From: Candidatus Wolframiiraptor gerlachensis
Lineage (GTDB): Archaea; Thermoproteota; Nitrososphaeria_A; Caldarchaeales; Wolframiiraptoraceae
Direction: 5' to 3'
NCBI GenBank assembly: GCA_021323375.2
Contig: JAJPCT020000009.1
Location: 1-22,380, forward strand
DNA length: 22,380 nucleotides
Shown here piece by piece: positions 8,841-17,378 of this stretch. The notes under the pieces were generated by a model, which was not told where the DNA came from, did no database searches, and was given only the letters and a program-made list of their open reading frames with translations. The position numbers were made by a program, and so were the translations under genes. Every line of letters starts with the position of its first letter. Position 1 is the first letter of the stretch.

Positions 8841-10439
8841 CCCCCTCCTCAAGTCCTCGAGCCTGCTGGTGAAAGAGTCATATGCCTGCTTAATCTCTCT
8901 TCGGCACCTCTCGAGGGCGTCCTCAAGCCTGCTCCTCGGCAGCGATCTCGAGAAATATGGATAAACCTCGGCCCATGTCTTCTCGATGGCGCGCTGAATA
9001 TCCTCCACGGCCTTTAAAAGATTCCTTGCCGGCTCAGCCGCCTTAGGCTCCTGAGCGGCAAGCCTCTCCACCATCCTCCTAATCTTCTCGACCTCCTCCT
9101 TGGCCTCCATTCTAATGTCGAGCAGGATCCTGCGAGCCGTGCCGCGATCATGGATCTTATCGCTTGAGATGAGATCCATAAGCCTTTGGTAGATCCCGCT
9201 GATAGTGCTCGCCTCATCCGTTAGGCTCTCACCAACCCTCCTCTCCATGACCCTCCCACGAGGCCTATAGATGATCGTTATCGAGGATACGACTATTATT
9301 AGGGCAGCTAAGACGAGGTAGGGCGCAACCTGGAAGAAGCTAACCCTCCTCTCATAGCCCAAGATAATCTTAAAGCCGCCAGCATTAATCGGATCAACAT
9401 GGTCGAAGCGATATGATAAGACCGTCTTCTCAGGGTATTCTCTTCTCAGCTCAATCGGCTCCGGATTCCACGACTTGAGCCCCCCTCCCCTCAAGCATAT
9501 CTCAACATCATAGATCCAGATCGTGGTGTTTAATGGCATGGGCAGCGCGGTGATCGCGACCTCATCAGCTCCAAGTTTTATCATGTTAGAGGTCTCGTTT
9601 ACCTTGGCGACAACGATGAAGAAGTCGGATCCGCCCTGGCTAAGAGGCTGCCTAAGCCTTATCACGACCTCTCCGGCCTCACCAACATTGCTCGATAATC
9701 TTCCAAGAGCATCCTCAGCCCCGATAAGCTCAAAGCCCTCGGGTAGCCTCAGCTTAACCTCACCCAGCTGGGGGCCGCCGACAAGCCTCACCCTCAGCGA
9801 TACGCTAGCCCTTCCCTCCGGAACCTCCACCAAGAGCTTCGCGGAGATAACATCGAGAATTCTAAGGCTATTACTTGAGAACTTTACAGAGATCATGTTT
9901 ATCTCTCCACGAGATAAGTCGAGGTCGCGAAGCTCCCCGGAGAACATGCTGGGCTTGGTCTGGTTGAGCCAGCCGGGCGAGATCTCGGCGATCATAGCAT
10001 CCGCCGGCAGCCTAACCTCCACCGAGAAATCACTCCTTCCAAGATCTTCAACCCTAGGATGAGCTGGGATCCTCATGGAGAATGTCTGGTCCGCCGGGCT
10101 CCATGAAAGAACATCTCGGAAGATTGTCAAGAGATGTATCTCCGTGCTAGATGCGCTATCCACGATGATCCAGAAGAAGTCATCCTCAACCACGAGTTCT
10201 GGACTGGAATCCTCCCAGCATGCATAGTTCACCAAGTTCTTGAGGAACTCCTTCGGGAATCCTATCCTCGTGGTGTCGCCGGCTGCGGGCAGGACATCGT
10301 AAACATATACCAGCCCGTTTTCATTTACCTCGATTACTCTGCGTGAAGTTTGTTCGAGGGCTGAGGCTGGGGCTATTATCTGCAGGGACAATAGCATTAT
10401 CACGAGTGCCGCGAATAATGATAACCTACCCTGCCTCAA
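8832..10439 (-). CDS. Single-pass membrane protein, putative ribophorin I (RPN1/Ost1) homolog
   Basis: Signal peptide (aa 1-27, ASA site), ~340 aa beta-rich ectodomain, TM helix at aa ~368-391 and ~145 aa charged helical tail; motifs RRVIEV, EDALGRLSS, RQPLSQGG and PYLVLAA..TIIY resemble RPN1 as recalled. The CDS itself is secure; the family call is inferred. Confidence 0.6.
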   Translation of the reverse strand: MRQGRLSLFAALVIMLLSLQIIAPASALEQTSRRVIEVNENGLVYVYDVLPAAGDTTRIGFPKEFLKNLVNYACWEDSSPELVVEDDFFWIIVDSASSTEIHLLTIFRDVLSWSPADQTFSMRIPAHPRVEDLGRSDFSVEVRLPADAMIAEISPGWLNQTKPSMFSGELRDLDLSRGEINMISVKFSSNSLRILDVISAKLLVEVPEGRASVSLRVRLVGGPQLGEVKLRLPEGFELIGAEDALGRLSSNVGEAGEVVIRLRQPLSQGGSDFFIVVAKVNETSNMIKLGADEVAITALPMPLNTTIWIYDVEICLRGGGLKSWNPEPIELRREYPEKTVLSYRFDHVDPINAGGFKIILGYERRVSFFQVAPYLVLAALIIVVSSITIIYRPRGRVMERRVGESLTDEASTISGIYQRLMDLISSDKIHDRGTARRILLDIRMEAKEEVEKIRRMVERLAAQEPKAAEPARNLLKAVEDIQRAIEKTWAEVYPYFSRSLPRSRLEDALERCRREIKQAYDSFTSRLEDLRRGLG

Positions 10440-10470
10440 GATTTTTCGGGTCTAGGTTGCATGGTCTCAT

Positions 10471-10478
10471 TATTTAAG
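10471..10478 (-). promoter_or_regulatory. Putative TATA box for the ribophorin-like gene
   Basis: CTTAAATA on the minus strand, ~31 nt upstream of the TTG start. Confidence 0.45.
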
Positions 10479-10483
10479 GAATT

Positions 10484-10843
10484 CTAATCTACCCCGCTCT
10501 CCGGGGCCTTGCTCTCTGATGGTTGAACCTCCTTCCCCTGCTCCATGCTCTTCTTGAACATGGCGATGAGCAGCTCTTCCCTAGTCTTTCCATAAGTCTC
10601 TATTCCAAGGCTCCTCGCCTTCTCGATAATATCCCTCTCAATATCTTGCTCCTCCTGCTGAGCTACTTTCTCAACCTCGCTCTCAAACTCCTTAACCAGC
10701 TCCTGAACCGTTGAGGCGGCCTTCTCATACTCCCTCCTCGCCTCAGCTAGCGCCCGGGCAAACCTCGGTATTGTCTGAGGATCCCATAATATGAGAAGAA
10801 TTATTATGAGCGCTATGAAGAGCCATTCTATGCCCTCGATCAT
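10484..10843 (-). CDS. tatA: Twin-arginine translocase TatA/E-family subunit
   Basis: N-terminal TM (EWLFIALIIILLILW), amphipathic helix PxxIPRFARALAEARREYEKA and an archaeal-type C-terminal ARSLGIETYGKTREEL. Confidence 0.8.
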   Translation of the reverse strand: MIEGIEWLFIALIIILLILWDPQTIPRFARALAEARREYEKAASTVQELVKEFESEVEKVAQQEEQDIERDIIEKARSLGIETYGKTREELLIAMFKKSMEQGKEVQPSESKAPESGVD

Positions 10844-10879
10844 CCCCGAATCCTAATAATAGTCTATGATGCGGGGGAT

Positions 10880-11818
10880 TTAGGGTTTTAGCTTGTCCAG
10901 CCTCAAGTCCTTGAAGAACATCTTATCAGAGTATACCACCCCCTCAGCCTTGACGTTCTTCAGATAGATCCTCGTGAGCGTGAAGATGGCGTCATGGGCC
11001 TCTCCAGAATAGAATCTCAGCCCTCTAACACCCCTCTCCTCAAGCCTCCTATCCACCTCATGTCCCCGCAGATCTGATGGTAAAGCTCCTTTAGAGCCGA
11101 CAATAAAGCTCCACATACCCTCAAGAGACTTCACATATGAGGCATAGAGGCATGTCCGGGGAAAGACCGAGGCCATAGTCTTTTGGATCGAGGCAATTAT
11201 CGCGTCCTTAACCAATAGAGGCGCAGCATGGGTAACGATCATCCCCTGATCCCCGAGCTTCCTGAATGCGAGCTCATAGAACTCCTTGGTATATAGCTGG
11301 ATGGCGAGGCCCTCCTCCGAGGGATCCGTCACATCCATTATTATCACATCATAGTATCCATCGGGCTGCTTGGACAAGTATCCTCTTCCCTCCTCGATCA
11401 CGAGCCTTAGGCGTGGATCCTCAAACCCCTCCCTCCCCCATGGAAGATACTTCTTCACGATCTCTATCAGCTCTCCATCGAGGTCAACCATCTGTATCTC
11501 CTCGACATCCACGTGCCTCTCAACTTCCCGGGCTGTTGCGCCCTCACCCCCACCAACTATCAGGACGCGCCTCGGCCTCGGGTGGGATATCATGGCGGGG
11601 TGAACGAGAAGCTCATGGTAGACGAATTCATCCTCCTCGGAGGATTGGAGAAATCCATCGAGGAGCAGGACCACGCCGAAATCCCTCGTCCTAAGTATAT
11701 CAACCCTCTGATATCGCGTTCTCCCCGAGTAAATTACCTCCTCGATGCCGTAAAGTGATGCCAAGCTCTCGGTTATCCACTCGAGGACGAATTTCGTCGA
11801 GGCAATTCTTACAGTCAT
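10880..11818 (-). CDS. speE: Polyamine aminopropyltransferase (spermidine synthase family)
   Basis: LDGFLQSSEEDEFVYHE, VLIVGGGEGATAREV, VDLD and IMDVTDP. Confidence 0.95.
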   Translation of the reverse strand: MTVRIASTKFVLEWITESLASLYGIEEVIYSGRTRYQRVDILRTRDFGVVLLLDGFLQSSEEDEFVYHELLVHPAMISHPRPRRVLIVGGGEGATAREVERHVDVEEIQMVDLDGELIEIVKKYLPWGREGFEDPRLRLVIEEGRGYLSKQPDGYYDVIIMDVTDPSEEGLAIQLYTKEFYELAFRKLGDQGMIVTHAAPLLVKDAIIASIQKTMASVFPRTCLYASYVKSLEGMWSFIVGSKGALPSDLRGHEVDRRLEERGVRGLRFYSGEAHDAIFTLTRIYLKNVKAEGVVYSDKMFFKDLRLDKLKP

Positions 11819-11823
11819 TTCGC

Positions 11824-12210
11824 TTATCGCATTTCTTGAAGCTTCTCCATCCTTATAAGCCCTCGCACCATCTCCGTCACATTCACCTTCTCCGGCCTAA
11901 AACTCCTCACAACATGCTCATAGGCCTTCCATGGATCAGCCTTCTCCCCACAGGTAAAAATATCTAGGGCAGCATAACCATACTCCGGCCAAGTATGCAG
12001 TGATATATGCGACTCGGCAAGCGCTATGATAACCGTGACCCCACCCCAGGGCTCAAACCTCTTATGAAACTCACCTAGATAGGTCGCGCCGGAAACCTCT
12101 ACAGCCTCCCGTAACACCGCGATAGCCTTATCTAGGTCTGAGAGAAGGCAGGAATCGCATCCATACATCTCCGCTATAATATGCCGCCCCAAAACCTTCA
12201 TCTCCCCCAA
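11824..12210 (-). CDS. speD: S-adenosylmethionine decarboxylase proenzyme (class 1B, pyruvoyl)
   Basis: LGRHIIAE and AESHISLHTWPEYGYAALDIFTCG with the E-S cleavage site; directly upstream of speE. Confidence 0.93.
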   Translation of the reverse strand: MGEMKVLGRHIIAEMYGCDSCLLSDLDKAIAVLREAVEVSGATYLGEFHKRFEPWGGVTVIIALAESHISLHTWPEYGYAALDIFTCGEKADPWKAYEHVVRSFRPEKVNVTEMVRGLIRMEKLQEMR

Positions 12211-12236
12211 TCAGACTCTCCCCTCCCCCGAAGAGC

Positions 12237-12267
12237 CTATTTAAAAGAATATAAGACTATTTAAAAG
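12237..12267. promoter_or_regulatory. Tandem TATA-like 11-bp direct repeat upstream of speD
   Basis: CTATTTAAAAG at 12237-47 and 12257-67 (minus strand reads CTTTTAAATAG). Confidence 0.55.
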
Positions 12268-12371
12268 CATTTCCCCTACCACTTTCATGGATGTAGCTTA
12301 GGAAGAACCCCAATATGTTAACCTATGCTAACCAAAGGTATATTCTATGGCTTATATAAACCGGCTTCAGG

Positions 12372-13415
12372 ATGCCAGCGAAAATTTCTATAGAGAATGT
12401 GAGGCTCTTTGGTGTCGCTAGTGATGTCTCTAAGCTAATCCAAGGCCATAATGTCGAAATTACAAAGGTTTACTTTAGCAGGGAAACCCCGATTGAAGAG
12501 ATTTGTGAGAAACTGGGAAACCCAGATATAATAATAGCTGGATCCATGATAACCTATGATAGGGAGCTTTTCAGAAGACTCCCGAGGCTTAAAGCGGTTA
12601 TAAGATGGGGTGTGGGCTACGACAACATTATCCTAGAAGATGCGACGATGGAGGGTGTAATAGTGTCAAGGCTCCCGCCATACTTGTTAAATGACGCGGT
12701 TGCGGAGCAGACAGTAGCACTAATGCTCTCGCTATTAAGAAAAATTCCGCAAGCCCATGAGTTTGTTAAAAAAGGTGGATGGAGAATAAGCTCTAATCTT
12801 AATGAATTTGAGCAGTTGGTTGGAGAATCGTTAGAGGACAAGGTGATAGGCTTCATAGGCCTTGGAGCTATAGGTTTTAGGGTCCTAGAGCTTATTAAAC
12901 CATTCAGACCGAGGCTAATCCTAGTCTACGACCCCTATGTATCACGCGACTTCATTAGGTTGAGCGGGGCTGTCGCGGCCTCAAGTATAGACGAGCTTCT
13001 CACATACTCGGACATAATAACAATTCACGCCCCATTAACTGTTGAGACGGAAAAGTTGTTGAGCATGGAGCAATTTAAGAAAATGAAGAAGGGGGTCTAT
13101 ATTATAAACACGGCGAGGGGAAAAATAATAGACACAGACGCCCTGCTTTGGGCTTTGGAAAATGGTATCGTGAAAGCCGCCGCGTTGGATGTATTCGACC
13201 CAGAGCCAATACCGCCAGATCACCCGATCCTTAAGATGGAGAATGTGATATTGACCCCGCACATAGCCTTCGCCGCCAGCAAAACCTGCAAGATGATGGA
13301 TGAATACGCAATAGAGGAAGCCCTGAGGATCCTTAGGGGGGAGAGGCCATTATGGATTTTGAATCCCGATGTATTGAAAAGGGATAATCTCAGAGCAAAA
13401 ATAAGAGTTGGTTAA
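12372..13415 (+). CDS. D-isomer-specific 2-hydroxyacid dehydrogenase (NAD-type)
   Basis: GVGYDNI, AVAE, GFIGLGAIG, VYDPY, INTARG, LDVFDPEP and TPHIA. Confidence 0.93.
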   Translation: MPAKISIENVRLFGVASDVSKLIQGHNVEITKVYFSRETPIEEICEKLGNPDIIIAGSMITYDRELFRRLPRLKAVIRWGVGYDNIILEDATMEGVIVSRLPPYLLNDAVAEQTVALMLSLLRKIPQAHEFVKKGGWRISSNLNEFEQLVGESLEDKVIGFIGLGAIGFRVLELIKPFRPRLILVYDPYVSRDFIRLSGAVAASSIDELLTYSDIITIHAPLTVETEKLLSMEQFKKMKKGVYIINTARGKIIDTDALLWALENGIVKAAALDVFDPEPIPPDHPILKMENVILTPHIAFAASKTCKMMDEYAIEEALRILRGERPLWILNPDVLKRDNLRAKIRVG

Positions 13416-13422
13416 GAAGTGG

Positions 13423-14112
13423 TTACTTCTTTTTCTTTCCATACTTCGACTTAGCTTCCTTTATATAGTTCAGGCACTCCTCAACCTTCTTCCTCAGTCC
13501 ATCATAATCTTTGGCATCTATCAAGTCCTTTCTCAGCAGCGCGCTACCCATGTTCAAGGCGACGGCACCTGCCCTGATCCAATCCTCAATCTCCTCCTTG
13601 ACAGGGTTCAATCCTCCAGACGGCATAAGCTTAAGCCATGGATAAGGCCCGAGCAGATTACTTATGAACTTCGGTGTTAAGACTTCCGCTGGGAATATCT
13701 TGAAGATGTCTGCACCATATTCCTCGGCAATGGTTATCTCGGTCGGCGTACTGCATCCAGGAACATATGGCACATGCCTCCTATTGCATAGCTTGGCAAC
13801 CTCAGGATTAAAGTTCGGGCCAACTATGAAGTCTGCTCCCAAGTTTATGTAAAGCGCCGCCGTCGCCGGATCCAAGATCGTCCCTGCTCCAAGTATGAGG
13901 TCTGGCCTCTCGCGATCCCTCCACTTCACAAGCTCTTCAAAGACTAGAAAAGCTCTCGGCCCTCTATTTGTGAACTCGAGAAGCTTTGAGCCAGCCTCCG
14001 CAACCGCTATAGCAACATTTTTGGCAACCTCGACATCTCCATGATAGAAGATCGGCACAAGCCCAATGTTTATCACGCTCGAGATCACTTCATGTTTCTC
14101 AAATAGCCCCAT
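13423..14112 (-). CDS. eda: Bacterial-type KDPG/KHG aldolase (Eda family)
   Basis: LEFTNRG, LGAGTILD, GADFIVGP, PGCSTPTE, Schiff-base KIFPA and LMPSGG. Confidence 0.9.
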   Translation of the reverse strand: MGLFEKHEVISSVINIGLVPIFYHGDVEVAKNVAIAVAEAGSKLLEFTNRGPRAFLVFEELVKWRDRERPDLILGAGTILDPATAALYINLGADFIVGPNFNPEVAKLCNRRHVPYVPGCSTPTEITIAEEYGADIFKIFPAEVLTPKFISNLLGPYPWLKLMPSGGLNPVKEEIEDWIRAGAVALNMGSALLRKDLIDAKDYDGLRKKVEECLNYIKEAKSKYGKKKK

Positions 14113-14275
14113 ACGATCATGCCCCCTAGCTAGCGCTCAGCAAGTTTTTGCACCTGCCTCCAAATTAACTTTTGCATTATGACATTACTCTAAAGTGGGA
14201 GGATTTTACTGGCTTGAATAGCGTAAACATAAAGCTAAAATCCGAGGATTTGAGAAATACTTCGGGTGTCTTAGT

Positions 14276-15280
14276 ATGAGTAGACCCAAGATACTAGTTA
14301 CATCTAGATCATATGGCAGGTATTATCCGGACCAACTAGAGAGGCTGAAGTCCATTGGAGAGGTTGTGTTTTCTGAGAGTGCGCCATTGAAGGAAGAGGA
14401 CCTCTTAAGGGTAATTGGTGAATATGATGCCGTGGTCGCTGGTGTAGATGAGTATACTGCGAGGGTCTTGGACGCTGCTAAGAATTTGAAGATCTTGGCA
14501 AGATATGGAGTTGGAATAGATAATGTCGATCTTGAAGCCGCTACGAGAAATGGAATAATAGTCACCTATACTCCTGGCGCAAATACTAATGCTGTTGCGG
14601 AGCACACCTTCGCGCTCATTATGGCTCTTGTGAGAGATATTCCAAAGCTGAATGAAGCGGGTAAACAGGGTCTCTGGGGCAAGGGGAGAGGTCTTGGCCG
14701 CGAGTTAAGAGGTAAGATATTGGGAATAATAGGCCTTGGGAGAATAGGGAGGACTGTTGCTGAGATAGCAAAGGGGTTCGGCATGACCGTGATAGCTTAT
14801 AGTCCCCGGGTTCCTAGGGAAGAGGCTGAGAGGCTCGGCATAAGGCTCGTCTCATTAGAGGAACTTCTCTCAACCGCGGACATAGTATCCATTCACACTT
14901 CTATGTCCCCTGAGAAGTATCACATGATCGGAGAAAGGGAATTGAAGATGATGAAGAAGACGACGTATCTTGTTAACACGGCGAGAGGCGAGCTTATAGA
15001 CGAGGCCGCGCTCGTAAAAGCCTTGAAGGAGGGGTGGATAGCGGGAGCAGCGCTCGACGTGCTTGAGAAGGAGCCTCCCCCACCCGATAGCGAGCTCTTA
15101 AAGCTTGAGAACGTGATAATAACACCACACGCGGGAGCACACACATGGGAAGCCGTGAAGAACATGGGGGACATGGTGACAGAGGACATAATAGCGGTCT
15201 TCAGAGGAGAGAAGCCAAAGAACATAGCAAACCCCGAAGTGTTGGAAAAAGAAAACCTGAGAGCAAAGATTAAGCTATAA
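14276..15280 (+). CDS. D-isomer-specific 2-hydroxyacid dehydrogenase (short PGDH / glyoxylate reductase-like)
   Basis: RYGVGIDNVD, AVAEH, GIIGLGRIG, VNTARG, LDVLEKEP and TPHAG; no ACT domain. Confidence 0.93.
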   Translation: MSRPKILVTSRSYGRYYPDQLERLKSIGEVVFSESAPLKEEDLLRVIGEYDAVVAGVDEYTARVLDAAKNLKILARYGVGIDNVDLEAATRNGIIVTYTPGANTNAVAEHTFALIMALVRDIPKLNEAGKQGLWGKGRGLGRELRGKILGIIGLGRIGRTVAEIAKGFGMTVIAYSPRVPREEAERLGIRLVSLEELLSTADIVSIHTSMSPEKYHMIGERELKMMKKTTYLVNTARGELIDEAALVKALKEGWIAGAALDVLEKEPPPPDSELLKLENVIITPHAGAHTWEAVKNMGDMVTEDIIAVFRGEKPKNIANPEVLEKENLRAKIKL

Positions 15281-15298
15281 TTACTAATATTTATAATG

Positions 15299-15373
15299 CG
15301 GGCCCGGGGGGACTTGAACCCCCGACCCCCGGCTTAGAAGGCCGATGCTCTATCCAAGCTGAGCTACGGGCCC
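15299..15373 (-). tRNA. tRNA-Arg(UCU), intronless, CCA not encoded
   Basis: Minus strand reads GGGCCCG-TAGCTCAGCTTGGATAGAGC-A-TCGGC-CTTCTAA-GCCGG-GGGTC-GGGGG-TTCAAGT-CCCCC-CGGGCCC-G, a full cloverleaf. Confidence 0.97.
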
Positions 15374-15760
15374 AAAATCGTTGCTCAAGTGGGGGAGGTC
15401 CCCCGACCCCAATCAGTTTGAGGATTGTTTGAGACAGTATTTTAAGGTTAATCCGGTGGTTGTTAGGAGGCGGCAGCATTATTCGATTGTTAAGATGCTT
15501 GATTTTATGTGGATGGAGCTTGGTCTCGGCTTAATTGATGATCTACTGCGATGTGATGTTAGGCAGTTAACCCTCGCGATTCAGGCTTGAATCAATAATA
15601 TGGTCAGGGAGGCTGGAGGCTGAGGGAGCTGAAAAAGGCCTAATCGTGATGGGGAAAACATGATTCCGTATTAGATTATTTCCCTGCCGGATTTTGTTAA
15701 AGACTATTCTTCCACTCTTAGCTCTATCTTGAGGCTCATCGAGTTCGTGATTCTTAACAG

Positions 15761-15985
15761 TTATTCTTCAGGCTTAGCCTTCATTACTACTAGTGCTTGA
15801 TAGTATGAACCTTGCTTCTTGACCGGCACCTCAAGAACCGCCATCATCTTCCCGGTCTCCAGCGATGTCGACTCAAGCCTGAACTTTCTATACTCCTCTC
15901 CAGCGGCCTCAAAGATCCATATATGCGCGGTGGACTCGCCGTAGCCTGACCGGCCCGTAGAGGCTTTAGTCTTATCGACGATCAA
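15761..15985 (-). CDS. Hypothetical protein, possibly the frameshifted C-terminus of the upstream gene
   Basis: Beta-strand-like 74 aa; this frame stays open upstream through a CTCTCTC tract near 16017-16023. Confidence 0.4.
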   Translation of the reverse strand: MIVDKTKASTGRSGYGESTAHIWIFEAAGEEYRKFRLESTSLETGKMMAVLEVPVKKQGSYYQALVVMKAKPEE

Positions 15986-16653
15986 TGCGTAGGATCTTGT
16001 GGAGTCCTCAGCTTTGGAGAGAGTGATAGGTAAATCCCGCCACGACCCTTAGCCTCGCTCCAAGAGAGCTCTATTGATACTAGATATCTTCCAGACTCAA
16101 TTCTGAGCGGCATGTCATAGCCAGGAATAATCGCTGTTATCAGAGGACAAGAGACGTTAAGCCTCATGATGCATGGCATATCAATCGTATAGTTATTGTT
16201 ACTCGACACCAGCAGCATCTTGCCACTCAAGCCAATAGCTGATAGATCATCGGTCCATACATCAATAGGCCTAAAAAGCAGGAAATCCACATTCTCCACA
16301 TTGATCACCGCGATAACACTAAACCCCTTGACACCATCTACACTTGAGATCTCAACCTCTAGATAAATCCTAGACGGATCGGTGAGCAGAATGCTGGTAG
16401 AGGAGGTGGAGGTAGTAAACTGAGGTTGCATGTAGTAAAGATAGTAGAAGGAAGAAACGACCCCGATTACGACAAATATCAAAACTAGGAGACCAGCCCT
16501 AAATCCGGTATGAAGGGATAAGTCCGAACAAAAACCCATCAACCCCATATAATCTTTACTAAACGGGCAACAGCCTGTTAGTAAAGCAGATCCACATGTA
16601 TAAATGTTCTGCAAGTTTTTGTTTTCGAGCATGATTAATATGGCCCCCTCCAA
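15982..16653 (-). CDS. Membrane-anchored hypothetical protein (true start probably downstream, near 16548)
   Basis: Hydrophobic segment AGLLVLIFVVIGVVSSFYYLYY, Thr/Ser linker TTSTSSTS, then a beta-rich domain with a Cys pair. Confidence 0.6.
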   Translation of the reverse strand: MEGAILIMLENKNLQNIYTCGSALLTGCCPFSKDYMGLMGFCSDLSLHTGFRAGLLVLIFVVIGVVSSFYYLYYMQPQFTTSTSSTSILLTDPSRIYLEVEISSVDGVKGFSVIAVINVENVDFLLFRPIDVWTDDLSAIGLSGKMLLVSSNNNYTIDMPCIMRLNVSCPLITAIIPGYDMPLRIESGRYLVSIELSWSEAKGRGGIYLSLSPKLRTPQDPTH

Positions 16654-17031
16654 TAATCCTGCTCATCTGCTGGCAATCCTGCTAACATTATAGCCTACAG
16701 CGAGGGGGATAGGCCCAGCTCGAGGAGATAACATATTGTTCTTTTTGGTTCTTTCAGCGATCTCTTGCCATGCAAAGCCACCGAGCCATCTTCAGGCAAC
16801 CCTTGTTTCTCTCAAAGGTTCTCCATCTCGAATAGAATTAATTTTAACATCATTTTTCTGATTTGTCGGCTTCCATATCGAAGCTTATAAAGAAGTTTTA
16901 AGGAAAATACACTTTTACTCTACTTTCTGGGGTCGGGTTTCCGAAATTACCGAAGCGGGGAGTCTACGAGAGGGCTACGGATAGCCCAAGTCTTTCAGGA
17001 TTGTAGACATATGCATTGGGGGCTGTTATTC

Positions 17032-17279
17032 AGGCTCCTAAACTCTAGGATGAAGCCTCCTATAAAAGAGTCTCTATGAGCATCTTCGGATTATTCACGA
17101 TGGCAGAATCCACGGCCATGAACATGGTACAAGGAGAGCCCATAACTTTTTCACGAAAGCCCAAACCTCTCACTCATTGCTAACTCGTGCGACAAAATTT
17201 TAGATCCCTGTGACATAAAGAAAACCAAAAGGCGATATTTTTCTTCACTTACTTATAAACTCCCGGAGCTTAGGAGCCT
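17032..17279. mobile_element. MITE-like element or IS remnant (248 bp) with 19-bp imperfect terminal inverted repeats
   Basis: Left end AGGCTCCTAAACTCTAGGA (17032-50) vs reverse complement of the right end AGGCTCCTAAGCTCCGGGA (17261-79): 16/19 identical, outer 10 perfect. No target-site duplication seen. Confidence 0.5.
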
Positions 17280-17378
17280 CCAAACCTTCAAATTTGGATA
17301 AAAGACGCTATGTTCTAATAGTAAAGGAGGCTTGTGAGCAACATGTAATCGCTGTATCTTGATACCACAAACTATTAA

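Noticed and set aside
12200-15299. tRNA-anchored integrated element carrying the dehydrogenase/aldolase genes
   Set aside because: No direct repeat of the tRNA 3' end found downstream of the tRNA in this window, and no integrase.
15291-15590. ORFs 15291-15479 (-) and 15381-15590 (+)
   Set aside because: The first runs through the tRNA; the second covers the tRNA leader/promoter and has no recognisable features.
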